Source: Succinatimonas sp. CAG:777 (GTDB lineage Bacteria > Bacillota > Clostridia > Lachnospirales > Lachnospiraceae). Taken from it: a DNA stretch of 64,000 nt. Position numbers and translations under genes: made by a program. Location of the stretch: the NCBI GenBank assembly GCA_963650995.1, contig CAVJMS010000004.1:20485-84484 (forward strand), read 5' to 3'. Position 1 is the stretch's first letter, and the number at the start of each line of letters is the position of its first letter. Below the pieces are notes generated by a model. The model did not search any database and had not been told where the DNA came from. It was given only the letters and a program-made list of their open reading frames with translations. Positions 48,870-58,175 of the stretch are shown one piece after another.

Positions 48870-51515
48870 ATGGCAGAGACGTATACCAAGAGACTGGTGC
48901 TGGGCATGCTGGCCCATGTAGATGCAGGAAAAACGACCCTGTCCGAGCGCATGCTCTACAGTGCCGGACGGATCCGGAGGCTGGGGCGTGTAGATAAGGG
49001 CGATGCCTATCTGGATACGGATCAGATGGAAAAGGAGCGCGGCATCACCATTTTTTCAAAAATGGCGACCCTGCAGCTCGAGGACATTCAGGTGACGCTC
49101 CTGGATACTCCGGGACACGTGGATTTTTCTGCCGAAATGGAGAAAACCCTGTCGGTGCTGGATTATGCGATTCTTCTGATCAATGGTGCGGACGGCGTGC
49201 AGGGACATACCGAGACTCTGTGGCAGCTGCTTACGCGCTATCATGTACCGGCTTTTTTATTTGTCAATAAAATGGATCAGCCGGGTACGGACAGGCAGGC
49301 GCTGATAAAGGATCTGGAAAAGCACTTCGGAAATGCCGTGGTGGATTTTTCGGAGCTTGGAAAGTATGCCATGCCGGAGGAGCTGAAGGAAAGCATTGCC
49401 ATGTGCGATGAACAGTGCATGGAGAAATATCTGGAAAGCGGCGTACTGGAGCCGAAGGATGTGCGGAATATGATTCTGGACCGGAAGCTGTTTCCGGTCT
49501 TTTTCGGTTCTGCACTGAAGGGGGACGGCGTAGAACACTTTCTCGAGGGACTCTGTCGTCTTACAGAGATTCCGCTTTATCCGTCCAGCTTCGCTGCACG
49601 GGTATTTAAGATCGGCCGTGACAGCCAGGGGCATCGCCTTTCCTATATGAAGATTACCGGCGGCGAGCTGCGGGTCAGGACCGAGCTTCCAAACGGCGAA
49701 AAGGTGCCGGAGCTTCGCTTCTACAGCGGTGCGAAGTATACAACGGCGAATGCTGCCGAAGCCGGTTCCATCGTGGCGGTGCCGGATCTGCAGAAGCTGA
49801 AGACAGGGGATGCCCTGGGCTGTGAGCCGGCCGGCCGGGATCCGAGTCTGGAGCCGGTGCTGGATTACGAGCTTCGCTCGGAGGAAGCCGACCCAGCGGA
49901 GCTCTACCGCCGCCTGCAGCCGCTGTCAGATGAGTTTCCGGAGCTTCATATCCGCTGGAACAGCGAACAGAAGAAAACGCATGTGCGGCTGATGGGAGAG
50001 GTGCAGACGGAGATTCTGAAACGGATGGTGGCGGACCGCTTCGGCTTTTCTGTTGATTTTTCCGAAGGCGATATTCTGTACCGGGAAACCATCGCTGCAG
50101 CAGTGGAGGGCGTCGGACATTTTGAACCGCTTCGGCACTATGCCGAGGTTCATCTTCTGATGGAGCCGCTTCCGCGGGGCAGCGGACTTCAGTTCCGTAC
50201 GGACTGCCCGACGGATGCACTTTCGGTGAACTGGCAGCGCCTGATCCTGACGCATCTCCGGGAAAAGGAGCATGCCGGGGTGCTGACGGGCAGTCCGCTG
50301 ACGGATATCCGCATCACAGTGATTGCAGGACGTGCCCATGATAAGCATACGGAGGGCGGCGACTTCCGTGAAGCCACCTACCGCGCTGTACGGCAGGGAC
50401 TCCGGCGGGCGGAGAGTATACTCTTAGAGCCGTATTATGCCTTTACGCTGGAGGTGCCGGAGGCATATGTCGGCCGGGCCATGACGGATCTTTCAAACCG
50501 TCATGCGCATTTTGATGCACCGGCCATGTCGGACGGGCAGGCGGTGCTGGAGGGAACCGCACCGGTCGTGTCCCTTCGGAATTATCATGCAGAGCTTGTA
50601 AGCTATACGAAGGGGCGGGGACGGCTCTTCCTGCGCTTTCACGGCTATGACGGCTGTCATGATACGGAAGCGGTTCAGCAGAAGCGGGGCTATGATCCGG
50701 ATCGGGATCTTCAAAACCCATGCGGCTCGGTGTTCTGCGCCCACGGAACCGGCTTCCTCGTGCCCTGGCAGGAGGTGAAGAGCTATATGCACGTGCCGTC
50801 GCCGCTGACGCTTTCGGCCCCGACAGAAAAACGCGATCTGGAAGCAGACGCATTGCGTCTGGAGCGGCTCTGCAGCCGGGAGAAGGACACGTCGGAATAT
50901 AAGAGCGGCGGACGCTATATCGGCGATCAGGAGCTGGAGGATATTTTTGTCCGGACCTATGGCCCGATCAAAAATCGTGCGCAGGCCGTGAATATCGCGG
51001 ATGCGCGCACCGTTCGTGCCCGTGAAAAGGAAGAAAACAGGGAAAAGAATAAGGATAAACGCCGGGAGGCCGGAGCGCCGGTGAAGCGGAGCGCCTATCT
51101 TCTGGTGGATGGCTATAATATTATCTTTGCCTGGCCGGAGCTGAAGGAGCTGGCAGCAGAAAATCTGGATGCCGCCCGGGGGCGGCTTCTCGATATTCTC
51201 TCAAATTACGCAGCCTATACCGGGCGGGAGCTGATTACGGTATTTGATGCCTATCGGGTGGCCGGCCACGTGGTGGAGACGCTTCGCTATCATAATATTT
51301 CGGTTGTATATACCCGGGAGGCTATGACGGCCGACGAATACATCGAGCAGGAGGCCCGCGTGCTGACGAAGCAGTATGATGTCACGGTTGCCACCTCCGA
51401 TCAGGTGGTGCAGGTCATCACCCTGGGAGCCGGTGCCGTCCGCTGGTCGGCGGAGACGCTCCTCGAGGAGGTGCAGCGCTGCAGCACGGAGCTTCGGGAG
51501 GAGTGGCATGTATAA
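48870..51515 (+). CDS. EF-G/TetM-like translational GTPase fused to a C-terminal NYN (YacP/Rae1) RNase domain
   Basis: AHVDAGKTT, ERGITI, DTPGH, NKMD; domains III-V; C-terminal VDGYN, VFDA, TADEYIE, VATSD. Confidence 0.88.
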   Translation: MAETYTKRLVLGMLAHVDAGKTTLSERMLYSAGRIRRLGRVDKGDAYLDTDQMEKERGITIFSKMATLQLEDIQVTLLDTPGHVDFSAEMEKTLSVLDYAILLINGADGVQGHTETLWQLLTRYHVPAFLFVNKMDQPGTDRQALIKDLEKHFGNAVVDFSELGKYAMPEELKESIAMCDEQCMEKYLESGVLEPKDVRNMILDRKLFPVFFGSALKGDGVEHFLEGLCRLTEIPLYPSSFAARVFKIGRDSQGHRLSYMKITGGELRVRTELPNGEKVPELRFYSGAKYTTANAAEAGSIVAVPDLQKLKTGDALGCEPAGRDPSLEPVLDYELRSEEADPAELYRRLQPLSDEFPELHIRWNSEQKKTHVRLMGEVQTEILKRMVADRFGFSVDFSEGDILYRETIAAAVEGVGHFEPLRHYAEVHLLMEPLPRGSGLQFRTDCPTDALSVNWQRLILTHLREKEHAGVLTGSPLTDIRITVIAGRAHDKHTEGGDFREATYRAVRQGLRRAESILLEPYYAFTLEVPEAYVGRAMTDLSNRHAHFDAPAMSDGQAVLEGTAPVVSLRNYHAELVSYTKGRGRLFLRFHGYDGCHDTEAVQQKRGYDPDRDLQNPCGSVFCAHGTGFLVPWQEVKSYMHVPSPLTLSAPTEKRDLEADALRLERLCSREKDTSEYKSGGRYIGDQELEDIFVRTYGPIKNRAQAVNIADARTVRAREKEENREKNKDKRREAGAPVKRSAYLLVDGYNIIFAWPELKELAAENLDAARGRLLDILSNYAAYTGRELITVFDAYRVAGHVVETLRYHNISVVYTREAMTADEYIEQEARVLTKQYDVTVATSDQVVQVITLGAGAVRWSAETLLEEVQRCSTELREEWHV

Positions 51516-53082
51516 GCAGCGCTGGCAGCGGATGCCGATGGAACGGAAGGTGCAGAGCTTTGCACTGATCATCGTTCTGATCATCCTGCTGTCGGCCGGC
51601 TTTGCGATGTTTACTATGAACTATTCGCTTCACGGATACCGGCAGATTCTCGATGACAACCGCGCCTGCCAGGCCTTCATGCAGGCGATGGAGAACGAGG
51701 GGGATGCGTTTGCATCCTATATTTCCGCCCGCACGTTCAGCTCCCGGGAAGCGCTTCAGAAGGCGATCGAGGTGACGGAGCGCTCCATCTCAGAGCTCCC
51801 GTTTTCATATGCGTCCATCGGCTCCGAGCGCTACGCCAGAACCTGGAATATCAAAAATGCCTATCGGCAGTATGCGGCCTTTCGGGACGAAACGATTTCG
51901 GACGATATCAGCCGGAGCGAAGCACTGAAGCGGCTGCATGAGTACTATCAGCGGGAGTCGTATCTTGAGCAGTATTCCCGGCGGCTCCTGCAGCTGACGG
52001 TAGAGGCCGGGTCCAATGCCTACATACAAAAGCTTCCGTTTTTCCGTACCCTGCCGTTTATTTTCATTAACATGATCTTCGTGATGCTGGCCATTGTACT
52101 CAAGATGGGCAGTATTTTGAAGGATTCCATCGCACGTCCGGTGCAGAAGCTCAGCCGGGAGGCGCAGCGCATTGCCCGCTCGGATTTCTCCGGAGAGGAT
52201 ATTCAGGTGGAAAATGAGGACGAGCTCGGCGAGTTGGTGCGGATCTTCAACAATATGAAGCATGCGATGGAAAACAACCTGCATACGCTTCAGGAGAACC
52301 ATCGCATGACGGAGCTTCTGCAGCAGGAGAAGCTGGAAAACAGCGAAATGGAGAAGCGCCTCAATGCGAACCGCCTTGAGCTTCTGAAGAGCCAGATCAA
52401 TCCGCATTTTTTGTTCAATACACTGAACATGATCGGCTCCATGGCGGATCTCGAGGATGCATCGACCACCGAACGCATGACGAAGGCCCTGGCCCAGCTG
52501 TTCCGCTATAATCTGAATACCCGGGAGCAGATTGTTCCCATCGGCATGGAGCTTCGGATTGCGGAGAGCTACATGTATCTTCAGAAAATGCGCTTCGGCA
52601 GCCGGATCCGTTATGAGGTAAGCGGTGATGCGGAGGCCGACGGCATTCGCATCCCATCCTTCACGATGCAGCCGCTGGTGGAGAATGCCATCGTGCACGG
52701 CCTCTCGAAGAAGGAGCAGGGCGGCACGGTGCGCGTGACCATCCGGCAGGAGGAGAGGGAACACCGTGTGCTGCTCAGCATTTCGGATGACGGACTCGGC
52801 ATGAGCGCAGAGCGGCTTTCCGCACTGCTGCAGCGCATGCATAATCCGGAGGAAAACCGGACGGCGCGGATCGGCATCGGGCTTGGTAATATTTACCGCC
52901 GCATCCGTACGCTGTATCCGGAGGGCGGCGATCTCTGCATCGAATCCGCAGAAAATGCGGGCACGCGGATCACGCTGATGATTCCGCAGCTGCAGACGGA
53001 GCGAATGCAGGCGGCGGAAAAAGCTGCGTCTCCGCGGGAGATGCCTGCGGCCGCAGCATACAAAGAGACGGAAGAGGCGTAA
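51508..53082 (+). CDS. Sensor histidine kinase (YesM type)
   Basis: TM-HAMP, LKSQINPHFLFNTL, QPLVENAIVHG, GIGLGNI. Confidence 0.92.
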   Translation: MYKQRWQRMPMERKVQSFALIIVLIILLSAGFAMFTMNYSLHGYRQILDDNRACQAFMQAMENEGDAFASYISARTFSSREALQKAIEVTERSISELPFSYASIGSERYARTWNIKNAYRQYAAFRDETISDDISRSEALKRLHEYYQRESYLEQYSRRLLQLTVEAGSNAYIQKLPFFRTLPFIFINMIFVMLAIVLKMGSILKDSIARPVQKLSREAQRIARSDFSGEDIQVENEDELGELVRIFNNMKHAMENNLHTLQENHRMTELLQQEKLENSEMEKRLNANRLELLKSQINPHFLFNTLNMIGSMADLEDASTTERMTKALAQLFRYNLNTREQIVPIGMELRIAESYMYLQKMRFGSRIRYEVSGDAEADGIRIPSFTMQPLVENAIVHGLSKKEQGGTVRVTIRQEEREHRVLLSISDDGLGMSAERLSALLQRMHNPEENRTARIGIGLGNIYRRIRTLYPEGGDLCIESAENAGTRITLMIPQLQTERMQAAEKAASPREMPAAAAYKETEEA

Positions 53083-53092
53083 GGAGGCGGCC

Positions 53093-53911
53093 ATGTATAA
53101 AATTCTGGTGGCAGACGATGAAATCATTGAGCGGAAGGTGCTGCTGAAGAAGCTGCACCGGAAATACGACAGGGAGAACGTTTCCTTTTATGAAGCGGAA
53201 AACGGGCGGGAGGTGCTGGCGCTGTATGAACAGTACGGCGCGGACATTCTCCTTCTGGATATTGAGATGCCGGGGATCACAGGCCTGGAGGCGGCGGCTG
53301 CGATCCGAAAGAAGGATAAGAACTGCGCCATCCTTTTTCTGACCGCCTATAATGAATTTGATTATGCAAAAAAGGCGATCGAGGTGCATGCGCTGGAGTA
53401 TCTGCTGAAGCCCTATGAGGACAATGAGCTGTTTCTGGCCATCGACAGCGCGATGCATTATGAGGATGAGATACGGGCCGGAGAGCTGCACCCGCTGCCG
53501 AATGTAGAGGAGAAACCGCCGGCCGCGGGCACCGGGGATGATGCAGCGGATCGGCCGGCGGAGGACACGAAGACAGAAGAGGGCGGTGAAGAGCAGATTA
53601 CCGCCCGGATCCGGCATTTCGTCGAGAAACACTATATGGACGATATTTCGGTGCTGGATATGGCCGTCACCTTCGGATACAGTGAGGCCTATTTCTGTAA
53701 GCTCTTCAAGCAGAATTTCGGAAAGAACTTCGTGACCTACCTGACGGAATATCGGGTGAAGCTTGCAAAGAAGGCCTTGGAGGACCTTAGCTGCAATGTC
53801 AAGGATGTCGGGCAGCAGGTCGGCTACGGAGACAGTAATTATTTCACGAAGGTATTCCGTCGGATTACCGGCATGAGTCCGTCGGAATACCGAAGCCGTT
53901 TGGTACAGTGA
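53093..53911 (+). CDS. AraC-family response regulator
   Basis: VADDE, LDIEMPG, LLKP; AraC HTH GYGDSNYFTKVF. Confidence 0.93.
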   Translation: MYKILVADDEIIERKVLLKKLHRKYDRENVSFYEAENGREVLALYEQYGADILLLDIEMPGITGLEAAAAIRKKDKNCAILFLTAYNEFDYAKKAIEVHALEYLLKPYEDNELFLAIDSAMHYEDEIRAGELHPLPNVEEKPPAAGTGDDAADRPAEDTKTEEGGEEQITARIRHFVEKHYMDDISVLDMAVTFGYSEAYFCKLFKQNFGKNFVTYLTEYRVKLAKKALEDLSCNVKDVGQQVGYGDSNYFTKVFRRITGMSPSEYRSRLVQ

Positions 53912-53912
53912 C

Positions 53913-53943
53913 AGGAAAATGCGGATTTATTCGCGCTTTTGTA
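53913..53943. repeat. Degenerate REP-like palindrome, copy 5
   Basis: GGAAAATGCGGATTTATTCGCGCTTTT after a stop codon. Confidence 0.45.
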
Positions 53944-53968
53944 GGGCACAGCACTTGTTCATAAATTC

Positions 53969-54022
53969 AAAGGCAGGTTATCGTTTGTAGTGCAGTATAT
54001 ACAAACGATAACCTGCTTTTTT
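53969..54022 (+). terminator. Intrinsic terminator
   Basis: GCAGGTTATCGTTTGTA/TACAAACGATAACCTGC plus T tract. Confidence 0.8.
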
Positions 54023-54040
54023 GTGCATCATGAAAAACGT

Positions 54041-54126
54041 GCATAAAAAATATGAACAAAATGTTAAAAAAATACGGCCGATGTCAAAAATTTACCATAC
54101 AGAAGGGGCGTATCCTCGATTATAAT
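54041..54126 (+). promoter_or_regulatory. Activator-dependent promoter of the TRAP operon with 20-bp direct repeats
   Basis: ATGTTAAAAAAATAC (54061) and ATGTCAAAAATTTAC (54081), then TATAAT (54121); no clear -35. Confidence 0.55.
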
Positions 54127-54192
54127 AGACACATGTGTGAAAGGGGTTCACATCGCGTGGACACCAAAATGATAAAATGGAGGATATTTGTT

Positions 54193-55353
54193 ATGAAGAA
54201 GAGAATTGTAAGCGGCGTTCTTGCAGCTACCATGGTTGCATCCCTTGCAGCCTGTGGATCGTCATCGACATCCACGGCTACAACAGCAGCTGCTGCAGAC
54301 ACGAAGGCGGCAGAGGAGACCACCGCAGCCGCTTCGGAGGAGAAGGCAGAGACCGAGGCCGCAGCAGAGGCCGCTTCCTCTGACGGTGAGTATACCGTAA
54401 ACGAGAAGGCTGCAGCAGATCCGGCTGTTACACTGACCATGGCTGAGGTTAACCCGACCGATGGTACCATCTGCGGACAGATGGATACGAAGTTCAAGGA
54501 GGCTATTGAGGCTATTTCCGGCGGATCCATTACGGTAGATCTTCAGGGCTCCGGCGTACTCGGCGCAGAGGCAGACGTGCTTGATTCCATGCTCGGCGGC
54601 GGCGGAGACATCGATATGTCCCGTATCTCTGCATTCGCACTGACATCCTACGGCGCTTCCAAGTCCGTGCTTCTGTCTCTTCCGTATGTATTTGAGTCCA
54701 GAGATCATTACTGGAACTTTGTAAACAGCGACCTCGGCACCGAGATCCTGAATGAGTCCGAGGAGAAGGGCATCGGCGTGAAGGGCCTCTTCTACGGCGA
54801 GGAGGGCTTCCGTCATTTCTTCACGGTTGAGAACAAGCCGGTTTCTGCGGTTGCTGATCTTAAGAACATGAAGATCCGTGTTTCCAATGACCCGATCATG
54901 CAGAAGATGGTAGAGTCCCTGGGCGCTACACCGGCCACTGTTTCCATGACCGAGCTCTATTCCGCACTTCAGACCAATACCGTAGACGGTGCAGAGCAGC
55001 CGATCGCAAACTATGCATCGAACCGTTTCGATGAGGTAGGAAAGAACCTTACACTGGACGGACATACACTTGGCGCCATCGAGGTTGTGATCTCCGATGA
55101 TGCATGGAACAACAAGCTGACCGACAACCAGAGAGACGTTATCACCGAGGCTTCCAAGATCGCTTCCGACTATTGCCGTACGATTTCTCAGGAGACCGAG
55201 GACAAGGTGCTTGAGGAGCTTAAGGGCCGCGGCTGCAACGTGATCGAGATTTCAGACAAGACCGAGTGGCAGGAGGCTTGCCAGCCGATCATCGATCAGT
55301 ATGCGACCGGCGATCTCAAGGATACACTTGACAAGATCAAGGCACTTGCTTAA
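54193..55353 (+). CDS. TRAP transporter binding lipoprotein (DctP)
   Basis: LAAC lipobox, LPYVFES, KIRV, LYSALQT..VDGAE. Confidence 0.92.
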   Translation: MKKRIVSGVLAATMVASLAACGSSSTSTATTAAAADTKAAEETTAAASEEKAETEAAAEAASSDGEYTVNEKAAADPAVTLTMAEVNPTDGTICGQMDTKFKEAIEAISGGSITVDLQGSGVLGAEADVLDSMLGGGGDIDMSRISAFALTSYGASKSVLLSLPYVFESRDHYWNFVNSDLGTEILNESEEKGIGVKGLFYGEEGFRHFFTVENKPVSAVADLKNMKIRVSNDPIMQKMVESLGATPATVSMTELYSALQTNTVDGAEQPIANYASNRFDEVGKNLTLDGHTLGAIEVVISDDAWNNKLTDNQRDVITEASKIASDYCRTISQETEDKVLEELKGRGCNVIEISDKTEWQEACQPIIDQYATGDLKDTLDKIKALA

Positions 55354-55547
55354 TTCCGGCAGACAGAGAGTAAACGTCGTTTTCGAATGACATGCGGGGA
55401 GGTGCATACGGCATGCGCAGCATGGAACGAGCACCTTCCCTTTTCATTCAGATGAAGTAATTGTTCAGGAATGCTTCCGGCATATATACGGAGCAGATCC
55501 GAGTATATGCCGCAGGCATTCCTGAAGACATCAGGCTGGAGGCTTTT

Positions 55548-56102
55548 ATGATTGAGACATTAAAAAAATTCGAGCCCGTATATGAGTGGGTATATAAGAT
55601 CGTTATGTTGCTCTGCAAACTGCTTTTGATGGCAGATATCCTGATCATGATCTGGGTTGTGCTCGGACGCTATCTTGACTTTATCCCGGCACCGGGCTGG
55701 GGCGAGGAGGTCATCCTTACGCTGATGGCGTACATGTCGGTACTGTCGGCCGCACTGGCGATCCGCCGGAATGCACATATCCGCATGACCACCTTTGACC
55801 GTTACCTTCCGGTTTCACTGATCAAGGCACTGGATCTTCTGGATGATATCGCCGTTATGGCACTGGCCATCGTCATGCTGGTGGTCGGCTGGCAGTATGC
55901 AACCGGCATCGGTGCGAAGGGCACCTACATTTCGATGCCGTGGCTCAGCAAGATCTGGATGTATTTCCCGATTCCGCTGGCCGGCTTTGCAATGATTTTC
56001 TTCGAGCTGGAGCGTCTGGTGGTCGATGTAGAGCACATTCTGGATAAGAACTATGTGCCGGATGACGGCATGGACTTTGATGCACCGAAGGAGGATAAAT
56101 AA
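55548..56102 (+). CDS. TRAP small permease (DctQ)
   Basis: 4 TM; LGRY...WGEE, AHIR. Confidence 0.9.
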   Translation: MIETLKKFEPVYEWVYKIVMLLCKLLLMADILIMIWVVLGRYLDFIPAPGWGEEVILTLMAYMSVLSAALAIRRNAHIRMTTFDRYLPVSLIKALDLLDDIAVMALAIVMLVVGWQYATGIGAKGTYISMPWLSKIWMYFPIPLAGFAMIFFELERLVVDVEHILDKNYVPDDGMDFDAPKEDK

Positions 56103-57437
56103 ATGATTAACACAACAGCGATTGCGGTTCTCCTTGTTACGTTCTTTATCATGGTATTTCTTCGTGTACCGATTGCATATTCGGTTGCACTTTCTTCCAT
56201 CTTCTGTCTGATGTATCAGGGCCTTCCGCTCAATACCGTTGCGCAGCAGATGGTGAAGGGCATCTCGTCCTTCTCACTGATGGCCGTACCGTTTTTCATC
56301 ACCATGGGTGTTTTCATGGGTACCGGCGGTATTTCGGAGAAGCTTCTGGATCTCGCAGACGCCTGCGTCGGCTGGATGACCGGCGGTCTCGCCATGGTAA
56401 ACATCGTGGCATCCTATTTCTTCGGCGGTATTTCCGGTTCGGCATCGGCAGATACAGCTTCCCTGGGCTCCCTGGAGATTCCGATGATGGTAAGCCGCGG
56501 CTATGATGTGGATTTCTCAACCGCCGTTACCATCGCCTCCTCCGTTGAGGGTATGCTGGTTCCGCCGTCCCATAACATGGTTATTTATGCAACGACGGCC
56601 GGCGGCATTTCCATCGGCTCCCTCTTCCTGGCAGGTTACCTTCCGGGTGCCGTGCTGGCGGGCTCTCTGATGGTCGGCTCCTATATCATCTCGAAGAAGC
56701 GGCATTATCCGAAGGGAGATCCGTTCTCCATTAAGCGTCTGGTATCTACCCTCGGCACCTCGGTATGGGCACTTCTGTCCATCGTCATCGTAGTAGTCGG
56801 CGTTGTAGCCGGTCTCTTCACTGCGACAGAGTCCGCAGCTATTGCCGTTATTTATTCACTGCTTGTATCGATCTACATCTACAAGGGCATTACCTGGAAG
56901 GATGCATGGAAGTGTCTCGACGGCTGTATTGATACCCTGGCCATCGTGCTGATTCTGATCTCGACGTCGTCGGTATTCGGCTACTGCCTGACCAGACTGC
57001 ATGTTCCGGATCTGGCAGCAAACCTGATCACCGGTGTTTCCAACAACCCGATCGTGATTGCGCTCCTGGTCAACCTGATCCTTCTGATCCTCGGCTGTAT
57101 CATGGATATGGCGCCAATCATTCTGATTTCGACACCGATTCTTCTTCCGATCGTTACCTCGATCGGTATGGATCCGGTACAGTATGGTATTATCCTCGTC
57201 CTGAACTGCGGTATTGGTCTTCTGACACCGCCGGTAGGTGCCGTTCTGTTCATCGGTTCGGCGATTGCCCACAGACCGATGGAGAAGATTGTGGTAGCAA
57301 TGCTTCCGTTCTATGTTATGATGTTGGTTGCACTTATGCTGATCACCTTCATTCCGAATATTTCACTCATCGTTCCGAAGCTGTTCGGTTATGTACAGCA
57401 GGGTACCGGTGTGCTTTCCATGGTCGGGAAGCTATAG
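56103..57437 (+). CDS. TRAP large permease (DctM)
   Basis: AVPFFI, GGISGSASAD, VPPS, FTATES, GLLTPPVG. Confidence 0.95.
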   Translation: MINTTAIAVLLVTFFIMVFLRVPIAYSVALSSIFCLMYQGLPLNTVAQQMVKGISSFSLMAVPFFITMGVFMGTGGISEKLLDLADACVGWMTGGLAMVNIVASYFFGGISGSASADTASLGSLEIPMMVSRGYDVDFSTAVTIASSVEGMLVPPSHNMVIYATTAGGISIGSLFLAGYLPGAVLAGSLMVGSYIISKKRHYPKGDPFSIKRLVSTLGTSVWALLSIVIVVVGVVAGLFTATESAAIAVIYSLLVSIYIYKGITWKDAWKCLDGCIDTLAIVLILISTSSVFGYCLTRLHVPDLAANLITGVSNNPIVIALLVNLILLILGCIMDMAPIILISTPILLPIVTSIGMDPVQYGIILVLNCGIGLLTPPVGAVLFIGSAIAHRPMEKIVVAMLPFYVMMLVALMLITFIPNISLIVPKLFGYVQQGTGVLSMVGKL

Positions 57438-57466
57438 ATGACGGTTTGAGCCTGAACCGTGATCAT

Positions 57467-57499
57467 AAAAGAGCGGCGGTTGAATCCGCCGCTCTTTTT
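57467..57499 (+). terminator. Intrinsic terminator after dctM
   Basis: AAAAGAGCGGCGG/CCGCCGCTCTTTTT. Confidence 0.8.
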
Positions 57500-57577
57500 C
57501 GCTATGATGAGGATGCTGTATGTCGGCGGAACGCACGGATTTGCAGCGGGATCTGCTGCGGCACCGCGTACATCCAG

Positions 57578-57607
57578 CGAGGAAAATGCTTTCATCCGCG
57601 TTTTTCG
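57578..57607. repeat. REP-like palindrome variant, copy 6
   Basis: GAGGAAAATGCTTTCATCCGCGTTTTTC, near-identical to 59331-59361. Confidence 0.55.
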
Positions 57608-57649
57608 GACGCGCAGCAATCCGGTACAATGACAGGAACGAGGTAGAGA

Positions 57650-58150
57650 ATGCGGTATCATTTTAAGTATCAAAACGGTGTCAGGGAGCTCTGGAAGCTC
57701 GCGATGATTTATCAGTACAGCTCGATGGTGGGCGTTGTCAATGTGGTATTTACCTTTGCGATGGCCGTGCTCCTCGGGGCCAGCGTGCAGAACCGCTGGA
57801 TACCGGTGGCAGCCCTGTCCGCCCTTGGCGTCGTATACTTCCCGCTGATTCAGCCATGGATTGTCTATGCCCGCTGCAAAAAGAATGCGGCGAAGCAGGA
57901 GGGAGAGACGGAGCTCGGTTTTTCGGAGGATCACATTTATATCACTGTCGGAGAGCAGCACCAGACGCTTACGTGGAAGGATATTTATGCGGTCCGCCAT
58001 TTCCTGGATCTTGTGGTGCTCTATACCGGACGGGGTCACGGGCTGGTGCTGCCGGGGGCAGCATTTCATGATAAGACGGAGCGGACAGAATTTCTTCATT
58101 TTGCCGAGGCTGCGGCGGCGCATGCGCATGCCGGAAAGCACGCAAAGTGA
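57650..58150 (+). CDS. YcxB-like membrane protein
   Basis: Two TMs, then F....I........W.DI..V.....LVLP..AF pattern. Confidence 0.65.
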   Translation: MRYHFKYQNGVRELWKLAMIYQYSSMVGVVNVVFTFAMAVLLGASVQNRWIPVAALSALGVVYFPLIQPWIVYARCKKNAAKQEGETELGFSEDHIYITVGEQHQTLTWKDIYAVRHFLDLVVLYTGRGHGLVLPGAAFHDKTERTEFLHFAEAAAAHAHAGKHAK

Positions 58151-58175
58151 CATGAGAACCGGAGGTGGAGCCTTT

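Noticed and set aside
48870..51515. Acquired tetracycline resistance gene (tetM/O/W)
   Set aside because: Lacks the YSPVST loop, has an extra NYN domain, and sits in a housekeeping context with no mobile element
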